Assembly: GCF_902652985.1 (NCBI RefSeq)
Contig: NW_022979591.1
Span: forward strand, 62,001 to 126,000
Origin: Pecten maximus
Taxonomy: Eukaryota
Length of the DNA stretch: 64,000 nt
Reading direction: 5' to 3'
In this document: in pieces, positions 24,883 to 38,665 of the stretch
Layout of the letters: every line of letters begins with the position of its first letter
How positions within the stretch are numbered: position 1 is the first letter of the stretch
Notes under the pieces: generated by a model
What the model saw: the letters and a program-made list of their open reading frames with translations, nothing else
What the model was told of the DNA's origin: nothing
Database searches by the model: none
Program-made: the position numbers and the translations under genes

Positions 24883-25268
24883 TGTAGTGTCTCGGGCCGA
24901 GTTGACCTGATTACTTACGCCGGAAGTGCGTCACGGTTCACTGGCCCGTGCCAGATAAAGATCTACCCCGTGTACAGTCTCTTCACACCTGACCGGCAAT
25001 CAGACAACACGTGTGTTAGACCATCTCTCGTTTTTAACGGAGTCAGTATATCTCTACGTAAGTAGTGTCAGTTATCTTAGTGCTCCGGGCTTTTAGCTAG
25101 GACACTAAGCCAGTATATTCTATTGGATAAGTATTTGACTGCTGTATCATCACCGTATCCTGACCTGTCCAGCGACCCGTGGTGATATAGATCGACCTCC
25201 ATTGTAAACCAGATAGCGTGACCAACAGCGAGGTAACTAGCTTGTGGTGTAACAGCAACGTTACTTTA
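24883..25268 (+). repeat. 3' LTR of element 2
   Basis: Preceded by PPT AAAGTTGGGAGGAA; matches the 5' LTR. Confidence 0.95.
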
Positions 25269-26079
25269 GTGTGAACAGTTTACTTTCAAATTCAAAAGAT
25301 GTTGTTTGCGTGTTACCGACAGGATATGGGAAATCTTTGATATTTGAAATTGTACAAAAAATTACTAACTCTACTGTCATTTTGATAAATCCACTGAACT
25401 ATATTACTGCCGAGCAGGTAGACAGGTATATGCCAAATCTGTATGTGTTTGTCCTGAACTCCATAAAAAGTTTCTTTATTCTTCAAAAACATTCATTTTT
25501 GATTGGACACCCGGAGCATTTCCTGCAGGATGATATATTCAGTGTGTTACGTTCGGACGAGCTCCAGCATAATGTTAAATTCATAATTATTGATGAAGCA
25601 CACTGCATTCATCTTTGGGGCGAGGAATTCCGACAAGATTTCATGAAAATACAAAAACTGAGAGCAGTATTTCCAAGTGGTGAGTATAGTCACATATATA
25701 TACTGTCAGTGTGATATAGTACATTTGTAATAAGGAGATAAGATAATGATAGATTTATATGATTTGTATGGTAAAATACAATGTTTATTTCCATGTTGAA
25801 AATCACATAGTGCAAAATTTAAGTAAAAAGTTTTGATTGTATAAGCTGTATTTCTTTTCTACAGCATGATTGTTACTGGGTTGGTCTAATTAATACTTAG
25901 TCATTCTAGTTTTACAATGGATAAATACTTTAGCAGTTCCATTACAATATCTATAATGTGTCACATACAATATATAATGCAATAATACATTTTAAGCAAT
26001 AAGTTGTTTTCAATCAACTGATCAGGGGTAACAATATGTTTCTAATGATTGATTGATCAATCTGTGTAATGAGATATAT

Positions 26080-26170
26080 AATCCTGATATTTGACATAAG
26101 GGTGGCGTGATGTCTGGGATCAAATCCTTCTCTAATGGGAGAGGCCCTTATATATATCTCACATTGTATA
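26080..26170 (+). repeat. Interspersed repeat in a RecQ intron; inverted copy at ~34880-34965
   Basis: TTTGACATAAGGGTGGCGTGATGTCTGGGATC occurs as reverse complement near 34925-34956. Confidence 0.7.
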
Positions 26171-28977
26171 ACAGGTTATCAAATTTATGAAGGAACAAAC
26201 ATGAATAATTTATGTCATGTACAGAATACTGATTTCATCCATATATTATATTGTATATATTAATAAATGTGTTTTTCACACATACATAACAATATGTACA
26301 ATATTTTTATCATAACAAAAGTCAAAAACATATTTATACATGTACATGGGTACAAAGACATGAGAAATAAATTTAATATACATATCTTTCAATTTTCATT
26401 CTTAGCAAAAGTTTTAGCACTGACTGGAACTGCTGGTAAAAAAACCATTCAATTGATCACATGTAATCTTTTGATGGATGACTTTGTTCTGATAAAATCC
26501 TCGTTGTGCAGAAATAACATCAAATTTAACTTTCAAAAACGCCCTGCAAATAAAGACAATGAAAGTTCATATTTATCTATCATTCAACCATTAATACAAC
26601 AACTTGTAAGCAACAAGAATTTCCCTAAAACTGTTGTGTATTCAAAATTGAAATGGTGTGGATTTGCATACGAGGAATGCATCAGGATAAGCCATGATTT
26701 GAAAAGAAAAGTGGCCCAGTTTCACTCACCTTGTACACTGGATGTAAGTTCTAAAGTTGAATAATTAACAACCCAATATTTCCTGTATTAAGTACAGTTT
26801 CATTAGGTTTTTACTGTTTAATTTCATACCTGTCAATCTTCCCATTTTAAATTTGAGGAATTGATATATGCAAATCAGTTTAATTAAAAAAAAAAAAACA
26901 ATTCATTGATTCATTCCAGGATCAGGTTGCATGGAAGCAAACTTGTTTTGATTTCAGAGATTTTGTTTCAATTCACATTTTATACCGGCATGCATTTGTT
27001 ACACTGAACTTATTATTTGGTTGCTATAATAATCAATTAAGTCTGTTTTAACTGTTAATAATGTTCATAATGTAAAAAAAAAATGAAAATCTCCCTGCAA
27101 AAAAGTCAGAAAATAAATTTTGTAGTTTTTACTAAATCAACCAAATAAAATTTGTAGCTTTTCTTATTAGACCGATGCAGTGATATTGTTGTTCATTGTG
27201 AAGTCACACATGTGAAAGACATTTAATTAATGTAATGGAACCCACATTGACAATATCGATGACCTCAATCAACTAATGAAAAATTAACTTAATTAAGACT
27301 TCAAAAAGGTCAACCCTTTATATAGAAACTGCATTGCATGTTAGTGATAAAGGCATGCACATAATAAATAAAATTTATACATAAGGCCACTATCTATGTC
27401 AAAATGTTGTTTTGATAATTTTGATCAAATATGTAATATATAAATTTATTTAGATGAAAGATGATGTTTTGAAGAACTTCAGCTGCCCTGATGGAGACCT
27501 TCGCCTGATCTTTGCCACAGAAGCTTATAGTATGGGCACAGATGTTACAGACATAAGGAGAATTATACATCTAGGTGTTCCTTCATCCTTGGAAAGTAAG
27601 ATATGCATGTACATCTTAATTTTATGACGGTTATTAAGAATTTTGAATAAAATGACTTATAATGCTAGATATGTATGATTATGGGGTGGGGATCTCAAAT
27701 GCTTCAAACATATAGCCCAGAAATGAAGTCAAGACTCAACATGATTGTGTTTAAAGAAACCTGAAGTCCCTCGGGGGTGGGGAAAGACCCCTGGGCCAAT
27801 TTTTACATCAGGATTGTGTTCATCTCTTGATGCCCAGCAATGCTATTTATGGTTATGGGGTGGGGATCTCAATAGTTTTAAAAATACAAGAAGTCCTTTA
27901 TAGCAATATAGTCAAATTGCTCTCTTTTGCCCTGCTCATTTTTGCAATGTCATCCATTGTTTAGGTCCAGAAAAGAAATGTAAGCAATTATCCAATAATT
28001 TCTTTATATTTACAGTATATTTGCAAGAAGTGGGGCGAGCAGGTTGGGATGGACAAATGGCGGAGGCCATTTCTTACTTCAACAACAGGGACTTGGCCTC
28101 AGATGTAGTTGATAAATCTGTAAGAGATTTGTGCACCACAAAAACATGCAGGTGGACTTTTTTGTGCATTTATTTTAATTGTGTAAAAGATGAGCACCCA
28201 GTGCTTCACAACTGCTGTGACAGGTGTTGTCAGCACTGCAAGTGTAGGGAATGTTTTAATCTCAATTCAGATTTGGATATGAATGAAAATACTGCATTCC
28301 CAACAGAGGAGATGTTTCTTGGTGTTGACTCAGTAGTAGCTAGCAAAATTTATGGAACTCTTGTAGAGTATTTCTGTGAAGAAAACTCATTGCACAAAGT
28401 CCCAAATCCATCTCTGTATACTGGCTTGACAAACAGTTTAGCATCCTCAATTGCAAACAAATATCCAATTTTTCATAGTAAGCAGTCAGTTTTATGGAAA
28501 GCTAGTCATCTAAATGACATTTATGCAGAAAATATTGCATCCATTGTTACACAAATAGGTACAATGTAATGTATCATCGTTCAACTGAAATAATATACAG
28601 TACATGTATATATTAAGTAGGCTTCTAATATATAAAGTAAGGCTTCATTTCATTGTATATCAAATACATTGTATATATGATCAAAGAAATGATATTGACA
28701 AATCAGAAAAGCAAATTGTCTTTACAAACCAGTCTGGCTCTTGAAGATTTAGGACACAAGTATAATATATCATTAAAAAAACACTTCAAAGGAATAAAAC
28801 AGTACATAATGTCACAATATATGTTCAGCTAATCCGACACTGAATGCCCTTTTGTAAGTAAAATCATCTTTTACAGAATACAGTGATTTTATTAAACATG
28901 TATAGCTCACAATAATCATATATATACATCATAAAATACCAGCTGGTAGTGTATATGTATTTACCACTTTAGCCAAG

Positions 28978-29375
28978 TATGAAAATTGTCTACATCAAGA
29001 CAAATATGAAAATTGTCTACATCAAGACAAATATGAAAATTGTCTACATCAAGACAAATATATAAATTGTCTACATCAAGATGAATATGAAAATTGTCTA
29101 CATCAAGACAAATATATAAGTTGTTTACATCAAGATGAATAAGAAAATTGTCTACATCAAGATGAATAAGAAAATTGTCTACATCAAGACAAATATATAA
29201 ATTGTCTACATCAAGATGAATATGAAAATTGTCTACATCAAGACAAATATATAAATTGTCTACATCAAGATGAATATGGACATTGTCTACATCAAGATGA
29301 ATATGAAAATTGTCAACATCAAGACAAATAGGAAAATTGTCAACATCATGACAAATAGAAAAATTGTCTTCAATA
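28978..29375. repeat. 27-bp minisatellite (~15 units) between the convergent Academ genes
   Basis: Unit AAATTGTCTACATCAAGA(C/T)(A/G)AATA(T/A)(G/A)A. Confidence 0.9.
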
Positions 29376-29486
29376 TGATAAGCAAACATTGTTTTTCACT
29401 GTTCAACATCAAAGAAGCTATTTCTCTGATTGCACTGGGTTTTTTTTTATCAAATCATGAATTGTCTCTTTAATAATCATTTTTGC

Positions 29487-32400
29487 TTAATTTCCTAATT
29501 CTGTAGCAACTACATTAACTCGTTTCTTAATTCAGTCATGAAAATGGTCTATATCAAGATACTTCAACATTGTTTTGTGCATTTTAGGGAATGAAGAATG
29601 AAATCTTCCTGGTTGATTTTGGAAAGGCTGCAGTTGCTGTAAATCTTTTACTAATACAAGTTCATCATCAAAATAGCTTCCTCTCTGATGTTTCTTGGCC
29701 CTTGCTTTAACATATGTTTGCGTATCATATTGCTCTGCAATAGACTTCAAACACGACAGACCCCTTGTCCTTGTTGCAATGTTAGACATGGTTTTATTAC
29801 TAAACATATGTTTCATATGTTTCTTTATATCTTTTACAAGGTACTCCATTTGTAGGTCAGCCGGAATATGTGAGTGAGGTGAGCCAGTGGTGTTAACAAA
29901 CAAAGAATGAATTACCTTTGTTGACTCTCTCTCACTCATCAATACAAGGTGTTGGACCAAGAACCTATGACATTCAAGGGCATACTTACTGTTGTTGCTT
30001 TTTGCCTTGAATATAATCATACATTGTTTCATAACCCTAATCAACCTTTCTCTGTCTGGAAGCTTGCAGAGATCAATAAGCTCTTTGTATACAAGACCCA
30101 TTTCAACTACAATGCTTGCATAGTTAAAAACAGTGTCCTCTAGATCTGTTTCTGGTGTTGTTGATGCATGATGTTTGACAACTGGCACATGTATGATCTT
30201 GCCTGAAGATAACTTAAGTACAACAAATTGTCCATCATCTGAAAGAAAAGTAAATCTCCCCTAGAAAAGATTATACACATAACTAACACAGCAATATTAC
30301 TAGTGAGCTTATGCTATTTCCTGAGTAAGCTATCATTCGAAAGATTTTCCAGACACAATTGTACTTGCTACCAGTAGATATATACATGTATATACCAGGT
30401 ATTCCTTTTGTTATAAGAACCCAAAGTGAAAAAACATTATCTTTTGGCAAAAATATTTATGTTACCAATTTATGTGGTATGTTCGATGACAGTGTGTTGT
30501 CTAAACAACCATGACATCATGTTCCTAAACTCACCAATGACATCGTCTGAGGTAGCACTTTGGGGCTGGTTTGAGGCAACAATTGTATCCACAAGTTCTC
30601 CAAATGTTGCAAAAACCCATCTTTTCTTCATCTGTGAAGTTGGAGAGTTTTTTTTAAAGAGCTTAGTTGCAAGACATAAGAGTAAACATTGATAAGCTCT
30701 AAGTATTTTCCTTACATAAATGTGTATAATAACTGTGTACATGATTGTTTTATAGGCGGTTTTATGATAATAGTTTTGAAATGAAAGTTAAGTTTCATTA
30801 TCCAAATGATGATAATTATATTGATATTTGAAATTATAACTAATACTGGAACATGTTACTTTTTAAAGTTTATATTAGGATACAATTTATCAGGGATGTA
30901 TGTCCCTGACATTATATATCTGTACAGGTTTTCACCAAACAAGTATGCTATTAATCTGTATCAGACACACAAAGGCAACTGTACCAGATCATATGGCAAA
31001 ACAATTACCTCGTCATTCTCAAACTCTGGAGGAACATGTTTTTGTAAAGGTGAATATATATCCTCCATTCCGAAGAAATCTCGCATCAGCTCCACCAAAT
31101 GTGCATCAACAAAACTGACAATAAAATCTTTGTCAGCGTCATATGCTTTCCGTACGTCCTCATCAAAATTTGTCCTCATAAGTCTGTCAACCTCACACTT
31201 CAGAGTTCCAATTTCCTTCGAACTGCAATTTTTGAACAATATTTTGTTGAATGTTATCAGGAAATTCATCAGAAGATGAAACATCTCAAATGTGATGGGT
31301 GATAAGTGGCCAAAACGAGATGCTATGTCTGCTGCTCCTGCACGTAGACACTTTGCACCAGAAAATCGTTCACGGGTCAATTGGTCTCCACCAATTTGTA
31401 TGCTTGACAGTGGCAACTCACAAGCCCCAAAGGCTTCTTGTAAAATACTTTCATAACTGTCAAGTATAGAAACCACATGAAAAAAATATAAAAAGAACAA
31501 GGTAGAGTCCACATTCTCACGAGCTTTTCTAAGCTTTGTTTGCAAAAGGATTATCACACAAGAATTTTAGAAGCTTTCCAGATATGAAAACTTTACTTCA
31601 AAGGTCTCTATGAGGATTCTACGCTTTTTCAAGAAAAAACCTTGGAACTCTGAGGAAACCTCAGAAAAGAGACAGTCAGGAATTGCCTGCAATTCCATCT
31701 AAGATCATTAGCACATATTTTTTCCAAACTTACTGTAAACAAGTTTATTAAATAGTTCAGAGATAATCTTGAAATTCTACTTATTTGTAAATATAAATCA
31801 AAACAATATTACATGTTTTTAAATAGTTTTGTTTTTTTGTGAATTTTTTCAAACTTTGGTAAGTTGTCCGTTAACATATCAATAAACACCTCATCATATT
31901 TCTGTTCATTTTTGTTCAAAGTTTCAAGGGGAATCACTTCGGTTTTCCCATATCTCAATATTTTTGTTGGCAGATCATCAGGGATCACATCTTGAACAAA
32001 TGTCAAACTTGGCATGAATTTGACTGCAACCCTAGTTATATGAAAGAAAATGTTTTACATTTAAATCTTAATTTGCTGTTTGATTTTAAAAGTTTTCATC
32101 TCAAATTTGTATCAATAAGACTACATCTAACAGCATTGTGCATTAACCGATATGGGAAAGACTACTATTAGAATTTAATCTGTTGACTGTTGTACAAATA
32201 ATTCCTGTTGATCGGTGATTGAAGAAGAGAAGAGTAATGCTGTTTAAAACTGTTTAACTTATTGACCCATTAATATGAAAAGTAGATTATGATCAATGGA
32301 AAACTTCCTATGTTTAATTTGAACACAGTTTGAAAGTTCAAATGAATGAGGTAATTATTCATACCTAGCAATAAGAATTGTGTAAACTTGTCTTATATTT

Positions 32401-34546
32401 TTGAGGTCTGCTTCATTCACAAGAAAGTCTTGGACTGTGAGATTGTTGGGCTGGGGTTTATGATCAGGTAGGTGGTTGAAGTTGAAGTGATTGATCAAGG
32501 CAGCACTTGCAAATGCATGATGCATAGTCTGGAAATGAAGAATGGTTTTTCTTATCAACATGAAATACATGTAACAAATTACAGATATAATTTAGGCCTG
32601 GGTGATAACTGACAAAAACAACACATTTAAAAGCATTAATTTTGAATTTACAACTTAATTATCATCTTATCTATTATGGCATCTATTTCATTTGATGATG
32701 TTTGTTTTAACATAAATTTCTCAGACATGGAAACTAATTTGTTAGTGCACATGCAACAAAACAAACTTGTTTGTGCCAATCAAAAAAGAAGTGCCTATAA
32801 TAAGAATGATGATTGTTAAATATTTACCATTGTATGGCACTGCCACTATATAACCCTACCAATTCAGTTGCGAGTTCACCAGCTTATGAACTGCCAACTG
32901 AAATTTGAAAATTAAAAAAAAAAAAATCGCACGACAAATAAAAAATTGCAGATGGTAAATATAAGCATTGAACGGCTTTCAGTTGGCATTCATAGTCAAT
33001 ATGAATGCCAACTGGACAGAGGCAAACTCAACATGAAGCGCTTCATGGAATTTGCCTCTGTCCAGTTGGCATTCATATTGACTATGAATGCCAACTGAAA
33101 GCCGTTCAATGCTTAAATGTACCTTACCTTTGTTTTTCCTTCGGTTGATTGATGCTGATCTGTAACCTTGACAGAAAAGTTGACATTGTCGCCAACTAAT
33201 CTTATAACTTTTCCGGCTTTGATAGCCTCTACCAATTTTATGTTAAAGCTGCCAGCTCCAAAGATGTGGAGTACCTCAAGGCTAGTCTGATAACTCAGAC
33301 ACAGTCCAACAGGTTGCAAGCGATCATATATCTGTTAGATATACAATGTACATACATGCAAATTCAATAGCTGGTGTTAAAAAATAGCTTTTGTCCAGTA
33401 ACATTGTTTGTAACTTATTGTTTTTACTGCAGATTACTTAGAATAGTGTTGTTGTAAAAACATGCTAACTTTATATATACCTTATATGAATTCTTAATGT
33501 GCTTTGTCCTTTGCCACTAAACATTTTTTTTATTAATTTAAAACATTTGATATTAAATTTATTAATCTAATATTCAATTTGCATATATAATGCATACAAA
33601 TTTTGCAATCTCTGTTATAAGTCCATTTTAAACAATTACCATAAACATAGTACATATGTATCACCTTTTGATCTGCAATATTGTCAAACAGGATCATGGA
33701 TATCATTCGCTGCACTGCTGATAGTTCAGGTATTCTTCCCTGAGATATGATTGCATATATCATACCCAGTCTGGGTAACTTCATTCTGAAATTTGAACAA
33801 GTGGCAGAACAGTGTAAAAATGTATGAACACCTTAGACTGGAACATAGAAGAAAAATTAAAAGTAGCCAATAAAATACCATTTGTTTAAGCATTTTTATA
33901 CCGCTGAACAATTTCAAGAATTCTTAAATTTAGCAATATGTATGAGAAAACTTAAGGATTAAACTGTCTTTTTTTGGTGTCTATGGTCGATATAGATGCC
34001 AGAGCTTTGCAAACAAACGTCATATTAGAACACATGTATATAAACAGTAGTAGTTGTATTTTGCATGATGTTCAAGTTATACGTGATATGCATGAAAAAT
34101 GTTGAAATCAGATATGGAACATCCATTGAATTACTTATATATAAAATACAATGGCATCAAACTTAATTTTACCTGATATCAGCTAGTCTATGAATTGACT
34201 CTGGTGACATCATTGTGGCAACTGTTAATTTCATAAGAAGAGGCAGTTGAGCAAAGGCTTCCTCAACAACTGCATCCCATGAAAATCTTTTTAAATCTGT
34301 GAACCCTTTTGTCATTAAAGAGCTCACAAAACCATGTTTTCTGTTGCCCATTTTTGAAATGGCCTTTCGTTGCTGTTCCACAAGAAGGCATTGTAATGCT
34401 GTAAACAGTTTAGCATTGTTGAATATATATTCAAACAAAATTGAAAGGGAACCAGTTAACACCTTTCCCACCAAAACTTGACTTTCCTCTGTTGTTAATG
34501 TCATGTTACATGATATGAAGACTGATATGAGCCAACATAAGTACAC
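29487..34546 (-). pseudogene. Academ DDE transposase (DUF6589-like), multi-exon, degenerate; 5' boundary uncertain
   Basis: Exons carry LVGDNVNF (~33190), GGDQLTRERF..FEMFHL (~31270-31390), SNNSKYALE and IPADLQMEYL (~29840-30000). Premature TGA at 29532, then frame continues IKKRVNVVATELGN*. Confidence 0.85.
32962..33115. repeat. 154-bp palindrome with perfect 65-bp arms, in a transposase intron
   Basis: TAAGCATTGAACGG...GAGGCAAA and its exact reverse complement; each arm contains an internal palindrome. Confidence 0.85.
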
Positions 34547-37045
34547 CAGAAAATTGTTGTAACTGATTCATGAAATTAAATAGATATGTATAACATAAAA
34601 TATATCTTTTGAATAAAGTTCAGGATCTTGTTTTCCTTAATTTCTTTTTGTCTGTGTTAATTCTGTTTAATTATACTTGCCAAAAATCTGTGCAGTAATA
34701 TTTTGTATACATGTATTTGCTATGAATATACGTCAAACATAATCAAAGTCATTTAGATATCCTTATCAATGTCCTTACTTTCCTGTAACACTTTTTTAAA
34801 TATCATGAAACTGTGTTTAATCATATTTCATTCTTACTCAATACATATATTTGTTCCCTCATGAAAGTGATAATCTGTTGTGCAATGTGAGATATAAGGG
34901 TCTCTCCCATTTGAGAGGGATTCGATCCCAGACATCACGCCACCCTTATGTCAAATAACAGGATTCTATCTCTTTACAGATTTATCAATAATTCATATAT
35001 CATTGGGAAATATTGTAAATTCACAGGTTCTTTCATTATTCATTAAAAAAACAAACATAGTTCTACAATAGTTGGGCTCATCACCAAGAAAGCATTGTAA
35101 AGTCTACAAATATAAGAAGCCATTTTACTTTTTTGACATTAAAAAATAATTGAATTATTATAAAAATCATAGGTGGTAACATTGAATATATAGGGGCCGT
35201 TTTACTATTTCATATTGGTTTTTTTAATGATGGATATAATTATTGTTTTATAAAAGAAAATTTAAGTAAACGTTTCATAATATATATATATATATATACA
35301 TACCCCCTATGCAATAAGCTTGATGATGCATGTATGCTAACTTTAGCTACGATAACGTACTGTAGCTCTGGACTAGACTACGGACGGACAATTTCCGACA
35401 GATGGTCGCCAACCCCAACCCTGTCGGATCGGAGAGCAGTTACTCCAACAATGTTAGAGGTTTTACACGGCGAGATACTTTTGACAGGCGCCGTGTAACC
35501 TCTAACTGCCCATAGCTGATTTTCCCGATGCTGACGATGAAATTTTCAAAGTTCATATATTGAAAAAATATAGCGTGTCAACTTACATTTAAATGATCCA
35601 CAGGGTCCAATATATATTTCTTTCCATAATCGAATGATTAAATGAGAATAATTTCGTAAAAAAACACAAATTATGAAGTTTTCTTCTTCCGAAGCGGAGC
35701 AGAGCTCAAGCAGACAATACTGTCGGTAGTGATAGTAGAAATACCACGTGATTTGCCGGTTAATACAAAAATGGATTACAACCTCTGTCCTACAAGCGGA
35801 ATACAACAAAGTCCGTATCATTTCGTTCCGTTTGAAATAACGACACCTATTTTGTATCAACCATTAGGCAGCCATTATTAAAAACGACTAGAAAAGTGCT
35901 ACAACGACATGGGCATGTATTTTGTGTGTTATACACCGTATTATACTATATATTTGTGTCTGTGACATACATATGGGATAAATATTGCATACATGATACG
36001 TAGACATCGTTGTAATGACCTGTCAACCTCTTAAGAGTTTTTTTCAAGCATATTTAGTTCCGCCCGGATTTCGGGCGGAAACTGCATCAAAGAATTAGTG
36101 CTTCGGAAATAAGAGGTCGCAGTCGGCAAAATAATATCCGATAGAAAAAGAGCCGACCAGCGGCCTCTTATGTTATAGGAGTAGGAGAGCAGTGTGTATG
36201 CATGCAGGGTATGCTAATCAGCTGACCGAATCTGGTATCTATATTCGCAATAATTTTCGATCAGTCTTTATAAATAGCATAAATGGGAGACTGCAAGCTT
36301 ACAATGCTGTAATCCAAAGATAGAATAGCTCATCGAGCGGTTGCTGATACAGCTATAAATCGTGTCAGTCCCTGATTTTGTACAATCAGAGTCTGTTTTT
36401 CAAAAAAAAATCTTAATAAATGGATTCAACGCTTGTGGACGGTTTACAAACCTGTTTTCTTCATGAAAACACGAGTTGAATTCATCTATCGTTGTCTGAA
36501 TGCATTATGAACGGCGGCACTCATGCAGTGAAGTTCAAGCGTAAACAAACATTGGGGGAATAGACCCTTTTCACGCAGCATGTTTTATTACCTGCCCTTG
36601 GTAGAACTCTTTTGCGTTTCGATCGAAAACGAGGCGACCGGTGTTGACTTGTTTGTTGACAAAGATCGAGTCGAAGATTCGCTGTACCGGCTTTGGCAGG
36701 TAAGAGTATTTCCGTGAAGAATATCGCACAATTTGGACAAATAGAATAAATTCCTTATTAACTAATGCATTAAAACAATACAAAGATTTTCTGTTTAACA
36801 TCAGAAGGTAAATAACAAAACAAAAACGATACAATTTGCGTGTTGTCAATGTCAGAGGGGGCGGGGTTGTTTTTGTAGATGTAATTCAGTAATGTTTCTA
36901 TCGGTCGTTTAGAAGTATGGCAATCACATATTCACTGTTGTTGTAACGACAATTGTCTTGTCAGTAGCCGTATCTACGAGTACGATACCAGGAACGTACA
37001 TACACCACACAGGGATTGGTAGCCTGTCTCTATCTGTCTATCTAT

Positions 37046-37867
37046 TGTAGTATATTTCGTTATTCAATTGTATTTAGTTAGAAATGTTAGTGTTAGTAGT
37101 TTTAGTAGTTCAGGTTTATGTTGACCATGAGTAATTAGATGGGGTGCCCTATTTGCCCTACATTGCCCGACTTAATTATGTACATGCTGACCGTGAGATT
37201 TTAGGCAGCATAATACACCGGTCATTCACTGATAACGTTTTAATTACCTTGATCCGTGGCTACTGGTCTACGTTTGACACTGTTTGGGATTTATTGCCCC
37301 ATGGCTTCGGGAGATCACTCTGGGGGTTCTTTGTAGGTCCTCTGTCTATATTACCTATGGTCATCATATACTCATCCCTAATCACCATCTAAATGTTTAC
37401 GTGTATGTGTATCCACATATCTAGGTCAACGGACCGCCTGCTCCGACAGTTTGCCCGACTGCTCCGACAGGATTTGGTCAGGTTATGTCAGAAGGTCAGT
37501 TCAGGACACGTTTGCCCGATCGGGCAATCGTTGCCCGACAGACTTTAGTATATAAGGAAGAGTGAGAGAGAGCTCGGGGAGTTCGAATTCGAGGTGCCTA
37601 GGTGTTGCTATGCTGGATTGTGCTGGATATGCTTGAGAGGGATTTACCTCAAACTGTGTAACTGTTGTACATGTTGCCGATACTGAATACAAGAGTCTGA
37701 AACTGGGAGACGGTGTTGTTTTGTGATGTTCTCGACGGCCCACGCATACTAAATTATCCAAAACTCGGACATTGTAGCGAGTGCCCGACGCTACCACTGA
37801 GGGCATTGCCGAGTGACTCCGGAACTGTGACACGGTTGTTGAGTTCGCCGGGGGTTTTCGCGCTACA
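37046..37867 (+). mobile_element. Solo LTR (822 bp)
   Basis: TGTAG...CTACA termini, 4-bp TSD CTAT on both sides, TATA-like GTATATAAG near 37550. Confidence 0.8.
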
Positions 37868-38087
37868 CTATATTAATAACGACATATACATTGCATATAT
37901 GGCGAGATGACATCGAGTGAACTACAAAACCATCGTGACCTCATTCCTACTTCTCGTCAAATCCTTTTCATTTTTGAATCAGGAGAAAGTTGAATCAATT
38001 AAAAACGGAATACATTTACATTGCTTGTGATCAAGTTTATTAGTAACCTTTTTTGAAAAGTGTACTTAATTTTACATAAATTTTCAG

Positions 38088-38246
38088 CAGGGCTTTTCCC
38101 ACTGGTTTGGGAAAGGGCCTTTTTGTCTCATTTTGGGAAAGATAATTGGTGAATTGGAAAAGATTTTTTCAGGAGTGAACTGCAAATTTTGGAAATTTGG
38201 CTTAAATATGAAATAATTTCAATTGGGAATGGGGCCCATTAACGCG

Positions 38247-38277
<31 letters not shown>

Positions 38278-38310
38278 ACAAAAAAAAAAAAGCCATAAGA
38301 AAAAGCCCTG
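38088..38310. mobile_element. MITE with CAGGGCTTTT TIRs, contains a long poly-C run
   Basis: CAGGGCTTTT...AAAAGCCCTG; flanks TTCAG/ATCAG. Confidence 0.5.
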
Positions 38311-38665
38311 ATCAGACCTTTGATGAAATTATCCAATTTACCTTATTGCTGGTATAGTTGTAGCAACATATAGTGGTAATCACACCTTCATGGCTCAATT
38401 CACAAATACAAAACTCATCCTATGTCAGTCTCCAAACTAGTTGAGTTGCTAATTCCGCTATGTATATCCCTGACAGAACGACGGTTTTCCGGACTGGGTG
38501 TATCCCGGGCCACTTAAACTATTTATTGTAACATTTTTATAAAATGCCAATTGATATACATGTAGGTCATTTCCATTTTTCTCAGTCAAACCTGTGTAAA
38601 TATTAAGATCTATATGCATTAACATATTATACATAAATATTTTTCAATAATCCATATCCACAGAT

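Larger units (their letters stand above)
18410..25268 (+). mobile_element. Ty3/Gypsy LTR retrotransposon 2, pol-deleted (non-autonomous), with PHD-tailed integrase remnant and TatD gene
   Basis: Two 386-bp LTRs identical by eye; 4-bp TSD GTGT (18406-18409, 25269-25272); PBS, PPT, gag and protease present. Confidence 0.95.
18285..28569 (+). pseudogene. RecQ-family (SF2) helicase of AcademH; exons ~18285-18409+25273-25679, 26406-26743, 27454-27595, 28016-28569; exon 1 split by LTR element 2
   Basis: Removing the LTR element gives LKPGQFQCVNSLLSNSKDVVCVLPTGYGKS (Q motif + motif I). Also DEAH, ALTGTA, ATEAYSMGTD, QEVGRAGWDG (R>W) and Cys-rich RQC. GT-AG junctions keep the frame. Confidence 0.9.

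Noticed and set aside
25271-28569. Host RecQ gene (BLM/WRN)
   Set aside because: Minimal helicase core inside Academ TIRs/TSD and paired with an Academ transposase.
28978-29375. CRISPR-like array
   Set aside because: Units are contiguous tandem repeats with no unique spacers; eukaryotic context, no cas genes.
36942-37045. Alternative solo-LTR start at TGTAAC (36942)
   Set aside because: No TSD match; the start at 37046 gives TSD CTAT and TGTAG/CTACA symmetry.
38247-38277. Long poly-C/poly-G runs (also ~5930-5948, ~63128-63147) as functional elements
   Set aside because: Homopolymer lengths are unreliable in assemblies and there is no other support.
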